DNA of 35,104 bases, from NCBI GenBank assembly GCA_022736605.1, contig DZDB01000005.1, forward strand, positions 1 through 35,104, read 5' to 3'. This document shows, one piece after another, positions 20,745-32,482 of the stretch (positions are counted from its first letter, which is position 1; every line of letters begins with the position of its first letter). The notes under the pieces are model-generated. The model ran no database searches. It saw only the letters and a list, made by a program, of their open reading frames with translations, and was not told where the DNA came from. This DNA comes from Sideroxydans lithotrophicus (GTDB lineage: Bacteria; Pseudomonadota; Gammaproteobacteria; Burkholderiales; Sulfuriferulaceae). The position numbers and the translations under genes were made by a program.

Positions 20745-20781
20745 AAAGCTAAGATTCAATTTATTGCCGGGAGTTATAATA

Positions 20782-21021
20782 ATGAATGCACCCAAGGGGC
20801 AGTTGCTACAAGACCCGTTTCTCAATGCACTGCGTAAAGAACATGTGCCAGTTTCCATTTATCTGGTGAACGGCATCAAACTGCAAGGTCATATTGAATC
20901 GTTCGATCAATACGTTGTTTTACTCAAAAATGCCGTTACGCAAATGGTTTATAAACACGCCATTTCAACCATCGTGCCGGCGCGCGCGATTAATCTGCAA
21001 CCGGAACAAACCACTGAATAA
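20782..21021 (+). CDS. hfq: RNA chaperone Hfq (79 aa)
   Basis: [39 protein letters not shown]. Confidence 0.98.
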   Translation: MNAPKGQLLQDPFLNALRKEHVPVSIYLVNGIKLQGHIESFDQYVVLLKNAVTQMVYKHAISTIVPARAINLQPEQTTE

Positions 21022-21104
21022 GTTAACCACCTCCGCGCTTTCCCGCCCTTCATACGCCGTCATCGTTGATGTCCTGATTACACGCACAAACTCAGGGTGT
21101 CGTG

Positions 21105-22262
21105 ATGTTTGAACGCCACGCTGGCAGTGAACGCGTCGTGCTGGTCAGCCTGGATTTTGGCGAGCCGGATTACGCGGATGGACTGGAAGAATTGCATCGG
21201 CTGGCCGACAGCGCCAAGCTTGAAGTCGTGGGACTGATCGAAGGTCGCCGCGCCCGCCCCGATCCGGCGCTGTTCGCCGGCACCGGCAAAGTAGAAGAAA
21301 TCGCCGCGCTGGTGCAGGCCAGCGAAGCCGGGCTGGTGATCTTCAACCATAACCTGTCGCCCGCGCAGGAGCGCAACCTGGAAGCCCAGTTGATGTGCCG
21401 GGTGGTCGACCGCACCACCCTGATACTCGACATCTTTGCGCGTCGCGCCAAAAGCGCAGAAGGTCAGCTGCAAGTCGAACTCGCACAGCTCGGGCATATG
21501 GCAACCCGGCTGGTGCGCGGCTGGACTCACCTGGAGCGGCAAAAAGGCGGTGTCGGTCTGCGTGGACCGGGCGAGACCCAGCTGGAAACTGACCGCCGCC
21601 TGCTCGGCAAACGCGTCAAGCTGCTCAAGGACAGGCTGGTCAAGCAACATCTGCAGCGTACGGTGCAACGCCGCGCACGCCTGCGTGGCCGGGTCATGTC
21701 GGTGTCGCTGGTGGGCTATACCAACGCCGGAAAATCCACGCTGTTCAATGCGCTCACGCACGCCGGCAGTTACGCGGCCGATCAGCTGTTTGCCACGCTT
21801 GATACCACCACGCGCCAGCTCTACTTGCCTGGCGCGGGCGAAATCGTTTTGTCAGACACGGTCGGCTTTATCACCCGACTGCCGCACACGCTGGTAGACA
21901 GCTTCCGCGCCACGCTGGAAGAAACCATCAATGCCGACCTGCTGCTGCATGTTGTTGATGCAGCCAGCCCGAACCGTGACAAGCAAATCGCTGAAGTCAA
22001 CAAAGTGCTGGCTGAAATTGGTGCTGACCATGTGCCGCAAGTCTTGATCATGAACAAGATCGACCTCAACCACATCGAAGCCGGTGTCGAGCGGGATGAG
22101 TATGATAAGATTACGCGGATTAAATTGAGTGCCAAAACCGGCGCTGGCATTGCCCTTCTGCGTGAAATGCTGATGCAGAAAGTTAGCACTTTCAAGTTGC
22201 CAGCAGTGCAATCGGCCAGCCGCACGCTCATCAATAACGAATATCACCCGGAACTGGATTAA
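21105..22262 (+). CDS. hflX: Ribosome-splitting GTPase HflX
   Basis: LILDIFARRA, GPGETQLETDRR, GYTNAGKST, LFATLD, DTVGF, NKID. Confidence 0.97.
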   Translation: MFERHAGSERVVLVSLDFGEPDYADGLEELHRLADSAKLEVVGLIEGRRARPDPALFAGTGKVEEIAALVQASEAGLVIFNHNLSPAQERNLEAQLMCRVVDRTTLILDIFARRAKSAEGQLQVELAQLGHMATRLVRGWTHLERQKGGVGLRGPGETQLETDRRLLGKRVKLLKDRLVKQHLQRTVQRRARLRGRVMSVSLVGYTNAGKSTLFNALTHAGSYAADQLFATLDTTTRQLYLPGAGEIVLSDTVGFITRLPHTLVDSFRATLEETINADLLLHVVDAASPNRDKQIAEVNKVLAEIGADHVPQVLIMNKIDLNHIEAGVERDEYDKITRIKLSAKTGAGIALLREMLMQKVSTFKLPAVQSASRTLINNEYHPELD

Positions 22263-22264
22263 AC

Positions 22265-23443
22265 ATGGCATGGAATGACCCGCAATGGGGCAAAAAAAAT
22301 GAAGGCCCGCCCGATTTGGACGAGCTTTGGCGGCGTTTTAATGCCAAGTTAAATGGTCTGTTCGGGGGTAAAAAACCCGGCAGCAACCCGGGTTCAAATA
22401 ACGCTGGTGCTGCTGGTTTAGGCATTGCTGCGGGTATCGTATTTGCCGTCTGGCTGGCAAGCGGTTTCTACATTGTCGATCAGGGTGAGCGTGGCGTCGT
22501 GCTGCGTTTTGGAAAATTCATCGAGACCACCCAGCCCGGACCCAACTGGCACCTGCCCTGGCCGATAGAAAGCGTCCAGGTGGTCAATATCGAACAGGTG
22601 CGCACGGTCGAAATCGGCTACCGCAATAACGTGAAGAGCAAAATCCTGAAAGAATCCCTGATGCTGACGGATGACGAGAACATCATCGATATCCAGTTTG
22701 CCGTGCAATACACCCTCAAAGACCCGGAAGATTACCTGTTCACCAACCGCTCACCCGACGACGCTGTGCGTCAGGTGGCCGAAAGCGTGATGAGCGAGAT
22801 CGTCGGCAAGAACAAAATGGATTATGTGCTGTATGAAGGCCGCGCTGACGTTGCCGCAAGCGCGACTGAGCGTATTCAAAAAGTGCTGGATCGCTATCAG
22901 ACCGGTATCAGCATCAGCAAGGTCACGCTGCAGAATGCCCAGCCGCCACAAGAAGTGCAGGCTGCTTTCGATGATGCAGTGAAAGCCGGCCAGGATCGCG
23001 AACGGCTGAAGAGCGAAGGCCAGGCTTACGCCAATGACGTGATTCCCAAAGCACGTGGTATGGCAGCACGGCTGGCAGAAGAAGCCAGCGGCTACAAACA
23101 GTCCATCATCGCCAATGCCGAGGGTGACGCCAGCCGCTTCAAGCAGGTGCTGGTCGAATACGACAAAGCGCCCGCTGTGACCCGCGAGCGGATGTACCAG
23201 GACATGATGCAGCAAGTATTAACCAGCACCAGCAAGGTATTAGTCGATTCAACCAAGGGCGGCAACAACCTGATTTATCTGCCACTCGACAAGTTGATGC
23301 AGATGTCAGGTTCGAACACGTCGCTACCTGCCATCCTCGACACCACACCCGCCAGCAAGCCGGCACCGGCAGACACCACCGCCCAGGATGTGACACGCTC
23401 GCGCGATGCCTTCCGCAGCCGTGACCGGGAGGAACGGCCATGA
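22265..23443 (+). CDS. hflK: FtsH modulator HflK
   Basis: MAWNDP...GPPDLDE, TM, SPFH domain (MLTDDENI, VQAAFDDAVKA). Confidence 0.96.
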   Translation: MAWNDPQWGKKNEGPPDLDELWRRFNAKLNGLFGGKKPGSNPGSNNAGAAGLGIAAGIVFAVWLASGFYIVDQGERGVVLRFGKFIETTQPGPNWHLPWPIESVQVVNIEQVRTVEIGYRNNVKSKILKESLMLTDDENIIDIQFAVQYTLKDPEDYLFTNRSPDDAVRQVAESVMSEIVGKNKMDYVLYEGRADVAASATERIQKVLDRYQTGISISKVTLQNAQPPQEVQAAFDDAVKAGQDRERLKSEGQAYANDVIPKARGMAARLAEEASGYKQSIIANAEGDASRFKQVLVEYDKAPAVTRERMYQDMMQQVLTSTSKVLVDSTKGGNNLIYLPLDKLMQMSGSNTSLPAILDTTPASKPAPADTTAQDVTRSRDAFRSRDREERP

Positions 23444-24312
23444 AGCACCTGAATAAAATCATCATCGTCATACTCGCATTGTTAATACTTGCCAGCCTGA
23501 CCATGTACACCGTCGATCAGCGCCAGAACGCCATGGTGTTCCAGCTGGGCGAAGTCGTTGCGGTACACAAGCAGCCTGGACTGTATTTCAAACTGCCATT
23601 GGTTCAGAACGTGCGCTATTTTGATACCCGCATACTCACGCTCGATTCGGCAGACCCGGAACGTTTCATCACGTCTGAAAAGAAAAACGTACTGGTCGAT
23701 TCATTTGCCAAATGGCGCATCGTTGACGTCAAACAGTATTACGTCAGCGTTGGCGGCGACGAAACCCGTGCTGCAACACGCCTACAGCAAACCATCAATG
23801 ACGGTTTGCGCGCTGAATTCGGCAAACGCACCATCCAGGAAGTGGTCTCCTCCCAGCGCGACCAGATCATGGACACACTGCGCACCAAAGCCGACCAGGA
23901 TGCGCGCAAAATTGGCGTACAAGTGCTGGATGTACGTCTGAAGCACGTCGATCTGCCGCAGGAAGTCAGCGAATCGGTGTATCGACGCATGGAAGCAGAA
24001 CGCAAACGTGTTGCCAATGAACTGCGTTCGACCGGCTCGGCTGAAGCCGAGAAAATCCGCGCCGACGCGGACCGCCAACGCGAGGTCATCATTGCCGAAG
24101 CCTACAAAGGTGCACAGCAGGTCAAAGGCGAGGGCGACGCCAAAGCCAGCAGCATTTATGGCACGGCGTACTCGAAAAATCCCGAGTTCTATGCTTTTTA
24201 CCGCAGCATGGATGCGTACCGCCAAAGCTTCAAGAGCAAGAGCGACGTGCTGGTGCTGGAGCCGAACTCATCGTTCTTCAAGTACATGCGCTCGCCCCGC
24301 GCTGGCAAATAA
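23440..24312 (+). CDS. hflC: FtsH modulator HflC
   Basis: PGLYFKLP, TSEKKNVLVD, RMEAER, PEFYAFYRS; ATGA overlap with hflK. Confidence 0.96.
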   Translation: MKHLNKIIIVILALLILASLTMYTVDQRQNAMVFQLGEVVAVHKQPGLYFKLPLVQNVRYFDTRILTLDSADPERFITSEKKNVLVDSFAKWRIVDVKQYYVSVGGDETRAATRLQQTINDGLRAEFGKRTIQEVVSSQRDQIMDTLRTKADQDARKIGVQVLDVRLKHVDLPQEVSESVYRRMEAERKRVANELRSTGSAEAEKIRADADRQREVIIAEAYKGAQQVKGEGDAKASSIYGTAYSKNPEFYAFYRSMDAYRQSFKSKSDVLVLEPNSSFFKYMRSPRAGK

Positions 24313-24442
24313 GCATCATGGCGCGCACTGTGTCGTGCGCGCCAATGCGTGATCTGCCCCAATAAAATTGCGCACATATTGCACTCAAGCCGCCTCACGT
24401 CTATGCTCCACGGTTTGTTAAACCGGTTGCGACCCTACTCAA

Positions 24443-26925
<2,483 letters not shown>

Positions 26926-27015
26926 CGGCAGGTCGGCACGGGCGCGTTTCTGCAACAGCGCGGAAACACCCGTGAACTGGCTGGCAGTTGATTATTTTTT
27001 ACGCCTGCGTTGGGC

Positions 27016-27045
27016 AAAGAAAAAGGGCAGCGTACGCTGCCCTTT
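27016..27045 (-). terminator. Intrinsic terminator for tRNA-Leu (probably also serves purA on +)
   Basis: Perfect palindrome aaagggcagcgt|acgctgcccttt (27022-27045); A-run on the left gives a U-tract on the minus strand; only TTT on the + side. Confidence 0.8.
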
Positions 27046-27058
27046 AAACTTTACATTT

Positions 27059-27145
27059 TGGTGCCCAGAAGAGGACTCGAACCTCCACAGTGTTACCACC
27101 GCATGGACCTGAACCATGTGCGTCTACCAATTCCGCCATCTGGGC
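27059..27145 (-). tRNA. tRNA-Leu(CAG), 87 nt, CCA encoded
   Basis: Reverse complement folds as a cloverleaf: acceptor GCCCAGA/TCTGGGC-ACCA, anticodon arm CATGG-TT-CAG-GT-CCATG, long variable arm GGTG-GTAA-CACT, T-loop TTCGAGT. Confidence 0.97.
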
Positions 27146-27153
27146 TGGAAGAG

Positions 27154-27187
27154 ACGCGCATTATAAATGAACGAGGAAGCTTGTCAA
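27154..27187 (-). promoter_or_regulatory. Stable-RNA-type sigma70 promoter for tRNA-Leu
   Basis: Minus strand: TTGACA (27187-27182), 16 bp spacer, TATAAT (27165-27160), GC-rich discriminator GCGCGT. Confidence 0.85.
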
Positions 27188-29496
27188 TGAATAAACCCAC
27201 GGCGAACGCCGACACCACAGCACTGCGCTGGTCTGACCCGCATCTTGAGCGCGAACGCGAGCGTTATGAGCAGCCACTGCCCAGCCGCGAATTCATCATG
27301 GACGTGTTGCGCCAGCAGGGCGCACCGCTGCTACCGGAAATGCTGTCAGGCCTGCTTGGCATTACTCCAGACGAATCCGACCTGTTTTCACGCCGCCTGC
27401 GCGCCATGGAGCGCGACGGTGAATTGATGCAAAACCGGCGCGGCGACTTGTGTGTGGTGGAAAAGCTCGACCTCATAAAAGGTCGCGTCGAAGGTCATCC
27501 GGATGGCTTTGGCTTCCTGACACCGGACGACGGCAGCGATGATCTGTACCTGTCACCGCGTGAAATGCAGAAAACCATGCACGGCGACCGCGCCATGGCG
27601 CGCGAAATCGGGCAGGATCGACGTGGCCGCCGCGAAGGTAAGATCATTGAAGTACTGGAACGTGCCAACACGCATATCGTCGGTCGACTGGTGGTCGAAC
27701 ACGGCATCATGCTGGTGGCGGCTGAAAATAAACGGATCACGCAGGACATTCTCATCCCGACCGGCCATCAGGGCAGCGCCGAGCCAGGCCAGGTAGTCAG
27801 CGTCGAACTCATCGAACAGCCGGGCAAATATGCCAAGCCAATGGGGCGCGTGGTCGAAGTGCTGGGCAGCTACGCTGATCCGGGGATGGAAATTGAAATT
27901 GCATTACGCAAGCATTCGTTGCCGTACATCTTCCCTGACGCAGTCGAAAAAATTGCTAAAAAACTGCCCAAGAAAGTACTCAAAAAAGACCACGCCGGGC
28001 GCGAAGACATTCGTCACCTGCCGCTGGTGACCATTGACGGCGAAACCGCACGCGATTTCGACGATGCCGTGTACTGCGAACCCAATGGCAGCGGTTATCG
28101 CCTGGTGGTGGCAATTGCCGACGTGTCACATTACGTCCAGCCGGGTGACCCGCTCGACGTGGAAGCCTATAGCCGGGGCAATTCGGTGTACTTCCCGCGC
28201 CGCGTCATCCCGATGTTGCCAGAAGAACTGTCCAACGGCCTGTGCTCAATCAATCCGCAGGTGGAGCGCCTGTGCATGGTGTGTGACATGCAGATTGGCG
28301 CACAGGGCGCAGTCAAGGCATACCGTTTTTATCCTGCCGTCATGTACTCACACGCACGCCTGACCTACAACCAGGTGTGGGACTGGCTACAGCATCCACA
28401 CAATGCCGGTGAGCACGGCGATCTGCTGCCCCAGCTCAAGCAGCTGTACACCTTGTTCAAGGTGCTGTTGAAAGCACGCGGCAAACGCGGCGCGATTGAT
28501 TTTGAAACCGTTGAAACGCAGATGATTTTCAATGAAGACAAAAAAATCGACCGTATCATCCCAGTGCACCGCAACGATGCGCACCGCCTGATTGAGGAAT
28601 GCATGCTGGCGGCCAACGTCTGCGCATCGGATTTTCTGCAAAAGAAAAAACAGCCCGCGCTGTACCGCATTCATGAAGGCCCGACGCCAGAAAAACTGGC
28701 GGCCCTGCGCGAATTCCTGTCCGAATTCGGCTTCGGCCTGGGCGGCGGCGATGATCCGCAAGCCAAGGATTACGCGACCTTGCTGAGTTCTATCAAGGGA
28801 CGCCCTGACGCGCAATTGCTGCAAACAGTGATGTTGCGTTCGCTGCAACAGGCGGTCTACAGCCCGGACAGTGTCGGTCACTTCGGTCTGGCGTACGAGC
28901 ATTACACCCACTTCACATCGCCAATCCGGCGCTATCCCGATTTGCTCATCCACCGCGCCATCAAGGCAGCCCTGAATGGCGAGCAATACAAACCCGGCGC
29001 CTGGGCTGAGCTGGGCGCACATTGCTCCATGACCGAACGCCGCGCCGACGACGCCACGCGTGACGTAGAAGCCTGGCTCAAATGTTTTTACATGCAGGAT
29101 CGGGTCGGTGAAACCTTTCCCGGCACCATTTCCAGTGTCACCGGTTTCGGTATTTTCGTGGCGCTGGATGACATTTACGTCGAAGGCCTGGTACACATTT
29201 CCGAACTCGGCAGCGACTACTTCCATTTCGACAAGACACGGCATCAGATTGCCGGAGAACGGACCGGCGTACGTTACCGCATGGGCGATCGCGTACACGT
29301 TAAAATCGTGCGCGTCAGCCTCGACACCTCGCGCATCGACTTTGTCCTGGCGAGTGCCGACGGCACCGAACTCATCAACAAGGCACCCGGAAAAGACGGC
29401 GCAGCAGCAGGCGATAAAAAAGCCCGACACGTCGACGCGGATACCGATGCACCGAAAAAAAAATCGCGCAGCCGCAAACCGCGCAAAGGCAAATAA
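27187..29496 (+). CDS. rnr: Ribonuclease R
   Basis: PLPSRE...RRLRAMERDG HTH, GHPDGFGF, TIDGETARDFDDAV, HFTSPIRRYPDL, S1 domain, basic tail. Start is ATG 27187 or in-frame TTG 27181. Confidence 0.97.
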   Translation: MNKPTANADTTALRWSDPHLERERERYEQPLPSREFIMDVLRQQGAPLLPEMLSGLLGITPDESDLFSRRLRAMERDGELMQNRRGDLCVVEKLDLIKGRVEGHPDGFGFLTPDDGSDDLYLSPREMQKTMHGDRAMAREIGQDRRGRREGKIIEVLERANTHIVGRLVVEHGIMLVAAENKRITQDILIPTGHQGSAEPGQVVSVELIEQPGKYAKPMGRVVEVLGSYADPGMEIEIALRKHSLPYIFPDAVEKIAKKLPKKVLKKDHAGREDIRHLPLVTIDGETARDFDDAVYCEPNGSGYRLVVAIADVSHYVQPGDPLDVEAYSRGNSVYFPRRVIPMLPEELSNGLCSINPQVERLCMVCDMQIGAQGAVKAYRFYPAVMYSHARLTYNQVWDWLQHPHNAGEHGDLLPQLKQLYTLFKVLLKARGKRGAIDFETVETQMIFNEDKKIDRIIPVHRNDAHRLIEECMLAANVCASDFLQKKKQPALYRIHEGPTPEKLAALREFLSEFGFGLGGGDDPQAKDYATLLSSIKGRPDAQLLQTVMLRSLQQAVYSPDSVGHFGLAYEHYTHFTSPIRRYPDLLIHRAIKAALNGEQYKPGAWAELGAHCSMTERRADDATRDVEAWLKCFYMQDRVGETFPGTISSVTGFGIFVALDDIYVEGLVHISELGSDYFHFDKTRHQIAGERTGVRYRMGDRVHVKIVRVSLDTSRIDFVLASADGTELINKAPGKDGAAAGDKKARHVDADTDAPKKKSRSRKPRKGK

Positions 29497-29499
29497 TCC

Positions 29500-30246
29500 A
29501 TGGCAGGCATCCTCATTTACGGCTTTCACGCCGTCACTGCGCGTCTGCGTCAAAATCCAGCCAGTGTTGAAGAACTGTTCGTCGACGCAGCACGTCAGGA
29601 TGCACGCGCGCGCGACGTGCTCGAACTCGCCAAAACGCTCGGTGTGCGCATTCTGCAGGTTGATGGAAAACGCCTCGATGGCATCGCCGGAGGACCCCGC
29701 CACCAGGGCATTGCGGCACGCGTCACCATGGTGCAACAACCACGCCACGTGGATGAAATACTGGAAGGTTTGCAAGGCGATTTGCTGTTGCTGGTACTCG
29801 ATGGCGTGCAAGACCCGCACAATCTGGGTGCCTGCTTGCGCGTGGCTGACGCCATGGGCGCAAACGCCGTGATCGCGCCGAAAGACCGTGCTGTCGGCCT
29901 GACCCCAACAGTCGCTAAAGTGGCGTGTGGTGCAGCCGAAACCGTGCCTTACCTGACCGTCACCAACCTCGCGCGCGCCCTGCGCGACATCAAGGAATAC
30001 GGCGTACACATCGTCGGCGCCGACGGCGAGGCCGAAACTGAACTGGCGCACGCCAAAGTCGGTGGCTCGGTGGCGTGGGTACTCGGTGCCGAAGGCGGCG
30101 GCCTGCGTCGACTGACCCGCGAACATTGCGACGAACTGATCAAAATCCCCATGTTCGGCACGGTTGAAAGCCTCAACGTCTCGGTTTCCGCTGGTATCTG
30201 CCTGTATGAAAGCCGCCGTCAACGGGGAGTCGAGCATGCTGGATAA
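29500..30246 (+). CDS. rlmB: 23S rRNA Gm2251 2'-O-methyltransferase
   Basis: [44 protein letters not shown] motifs; rnr-rlmB synteny. Confidence 0.96.
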   Translation: MAGILIYGFHAVTARLRQNPASVEELFVDAARQDARARDVLELAKTLGVRILQVDGKRLDGIAGGPRHQGIAARVTMVQQPRHVDEILEGLQGDLLLLVLDGVQDPHNLGACLRVADAMGANAVIAPKDRAVGLTPTVAKVACGAAETVPYLTVTNLARALRDIKEYGVHIVGADGEAETELAHAKVGGSVAWVLGAEGGGLRRLTREHCDELIKIPMFGTVESLNVSVSAGICLYESRRQRGVEHAG

Positions 30247-30790
30247 AAACGTCGCCTGGCGCATTCTTAACGAATCTGACCTGATTTATTCTGCCGATCA
30301 GGTCAACACTGCCGTCGCGACGCTCGCCGCCGCCATTACCACGCGATACCAGGACACGACGCCACTGGTATTGTCTGTAATGGGCGGCGCAGTGGTATTT
30401 TCCGGCCAAATTCTGCCCTTGCTGCGCTTTCCACTCGATTTTGATTATGTCCATGCCAGCCGTTATGGGCAGCAAAAGCAAGGCGGACAACTGGAATGGC
30501 GCGTGCTGCCGCGTGAATCTGTTCAAGGTCGCAGCGTCCTGATGCTTGATGACATTCTCGACGAAGGCCATACGCTCGCCGCGATCCGGGCCAAGCTGCT
30601 GGAGATGGGCGCAGCAGATGTCGCCTGCGCCGTGTTGACCGAAAAAATAACCGGCAAAAGCAAACCCATCAAAGCCGAGTTTGTCGGGCTGGAATTGCCC
30701 AACCGCTTTGTGTTTGGCTGCGGCATGGACGTGGAAGGCGCCTGGCGCAACCTGCCTGCAATCTATGCACTTAAAGATGCCCCCAGCTGA
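30236..30790 (+). CDS. hpt: Hypoxanthine-guanine phosphoribosyltransferase
   Basis: PRPP-binding loop [29 protein letters not shown]...WRNLP; GGGGAG RBS inside the rlmB end. Confidence 0.88.
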   Translation: MLDKNVAWRILNESDLIYSADQVNTAVATLAAAITTRYQDTTPLVLSVMGGAVVFSGQILPLLRFPLDFDYVHASRYGQQKQGGQLEWRVLPRESVQGRSVLMLDDILDEGHTLAAIRAKLLEMGAADVACAVLTEKITGKSKPIKAEFVGLELPNRFVFGCGMDVEGAWRNLPAIYALKDAPS

Positions 30791-30851
30791 TTACCTCGAT
30801 TTTTCCTGTTACTTATTCAGCTTTATTCTGTCCAAATAGTTGGGCGGTGCT

Positions 30852-30886
30852 TGCTAGAATCAAGTTTCATTGCCTTATCTCCGGAG
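30852..30886 (+). promoter_or_regulatory. Putative extended -10 promoter and RBS of the Tim44-like gene
   Basis: TGcTAGAAT at 30852-30860 and GGAG at 30883-30886, in an AT-rich gap. Confidence 0.45.
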
Positions 30887-30892
30887 TCTGTC

Positions 30893-31729
30893 ATGCGTAA
30901 ATTTCTGACCTTGTTGTTAACCCTGATGCTAAGCATGGGGCTGTTTGCTGCCAATGCCGATGCCAAGCGCTTTGGCGGCGGCAAGAGCTTTGGCAAGCAA
31001 CGCGAAGCCATCAGCCAGCCCGCACCACAACGCGCGCCTGCCGCTGCGCCCGCCAGCCCGGCAGCGGGCGGCAATAAATGGCTCGGTCCGCTCGCCGGTC
31101 TGGCAGCCGGTGGCCTGCTCGCCTCGCTGTTTATGGGTGGGGCTTTCGAGGGTCTGAAAGGCATGGATATTCTGCTGATGCTCGGCCTCGCCGCAGCTGC
31201 ATTTTTTGTATTCCGCGCCATGCGCCGTAAGGCAGCCGCACCACAGGCCACGGCTTACACCGCGCACGGTCAAAGCATTCAGGTGCCGATGCCAGTGAGC
31301 AATGCCGATCTGCCACTGAGCGGCGCTGCCGCACAGCCGGTCATGAGCAGCCGTCCGGACTGGTTTGACGATGCCGCTTTCGTACGTGACGCCAAGGCGC
31401 ATTTTATTCGCCTGCAAGCTGCGTATGACGTGGCTGACCTGAACGACATTCGCGAGTACACCACACCCGAAGTATTCGCAGAAATCAGCATGCAACTGCA
31501 GGAGCGTGGCGATGCTGCACAAAAAACTGACGTGACCCTGCTCAACGCCGACATGCTGAATGTCGTCAGCGAAGGCAATCTGGTGATCGCCAGCGTGCGC
31601 TTCCACGGCTTGATCCGGGAGGACGCCAACGCCCCGGCTGCACCGTTCGACGAGATCTGGCACATCCAGAAATCCGCCAGTGACCGTACCGCGCCTTGGT
31701 TTGTGGCCGGCATTCAACAGGCGCAATAA
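30893..31729 (+). CDS. Tim44-like domain membrane protein
   Basis: Signal peptide, ADAKRFGGGKSFG, WLGPLAGLAAGGLLA TM segments, FIRLQAAYD, TTPE, ASVRFHG, FDEIWH, W..AGIQQ. Confidence 0.88.
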   Translation: MRKFLTLLLTLMLSMGLFAANADAKRFGGGKSFGKQREAISQPAPQRAPAAAPASPAAGGNKWLGPLAGLAAGGLLASLFMGGAFEGLKGMDILLMLGLAAAAFFVFRAMRRKAAAPQATAYTAHGQSIQVPMPVSNADLPLSGAAAQPVMSSRPDWFDDAAFVRDAKAHFIRLQAAYDVADLNDIREYTTPEVFAEISMQLQERGDAAQKTDVTLLNADMLNVVSEGNLVIASVRFHGLIREDANAPAAPFDEIWHIQKSASDRTAPWFVAGIQQAQ

Positions 31730-31731
31730 GC

Positions 31732-32481
31732 ATGCTGGCAATTATCGGCGGCACGGGTCTGACGCAGCTGGCAAACCTGGAAATTGCCCATCGCGAGGTG
31801 GTGCGCACGCCGTATGGCGAGCCGTCCGGTGCGCTCACCTATGGCAGCATCTGTGGCCACAATGTGATTTTTTTAGCGCGCCACGGTTACGGCCATACGA
31901 TCCCGCCGCACGAGGTGAACTACCGCGCCAACATCTGTGCACTACACGAGCACAATGTCAGCCACGTGGTATCGGTCGCCAGCGTCGGCGGCATCCACGC
32001 TGATCTGGTGCCGGGCGCGCTGGTGATCCCGGATCAAATCATCGACTATACCTACGGCCGTAAAAACAGCTTTTTCAATGGCACAGACAAGCCGGTAACA
32101 CACATCGACTTCACTGAGCCCTACAGCGCCTGCATGCGCGCCAAAATCCTCAGTGCAGCCAGTAGCGCTGAAGAAGCCGTCATCGACGGTGGTGTGTATG
32201 CTTGCGTGCAGGGGCCGCGATTGGAGACAGCCGCTGAAATCAACCGGTTTGAACGTGACGGCGCCACCATGGTGGGCATGACCGGCATGCCGGAAGCCGC
32301 GCTGGCGCGCGAGCTGGGGCTAAATTACGCGGCTATCGGCGTGGTTTCCAATCACGCTGCCGGGCGCGGCAACAGCAAAATCGCCATCAGCGGCACTGAA
32401 GTTCAAACCACCCTGGCGCAGGCCATGGAACGCGTGCGTAGCGTGCTTGAACACCTGGTGGCGCTGCACAACGAGGCCTGA
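31732..32481 (+). CDS. S-methyl-5'-thioinosine phosphorylase (MTAP/PNP family)
   Basis: [53 protein letters not shown]. Glu/Asn pattern points to 6-oxopurine specificity. Confidence 0.85.
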   Translation: MLAIIGGTGLTQLANLEIAHREVVRTPYGEPSGALTYGSICGHNVIFLARHGYGHTIPPHEVNYRANICALHEHNVSHVVSVASVGGIHADLVPGALVIPDQIIDYTYGRKNSFFNGTDKPVTHIDFTEPYSACMRAKILSAASSAEEAVIDGGVYACVQGPRLETAAEINRFERDGATMVGMTGMPEAALARELGLNYAAIGVVSNHAAGRGNSKIAISGTEVQTTLAQAMERVRSVLEHLVALHNEA

Positions 32482-32482
32482 G

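Noticed and set aside
24319-24385. Possible NtrC site or sigma54 promoter upstream of hisZ
   Set aside because: GCAC-N6-GTGC is one base short of NtrC spacing, and no TGGCAC-N5-TTGC match is present.
26926-27145. tRNA-Leu as an integration site for an island
   Set aside because: No integrase, no duplicated tRNA 3' end seen, and both flanks are core genes.
27010-27186. N-terminal extension of rnr in the ORF track
   Set aside because: It runs through a terminator and antisense to the tRNA gene; Rnr-like sequence and the RBS begin near 27181-27187.
28387-30264. 625-aa antisense ORF across rnr/rlmB, and similar long antisense ORFs opposite typA, rmuC, rlmN, der and the Tim44-like gene
   Set aside because: Typical shadow frames of GC-rich coding sequence with no recognisable motifs.
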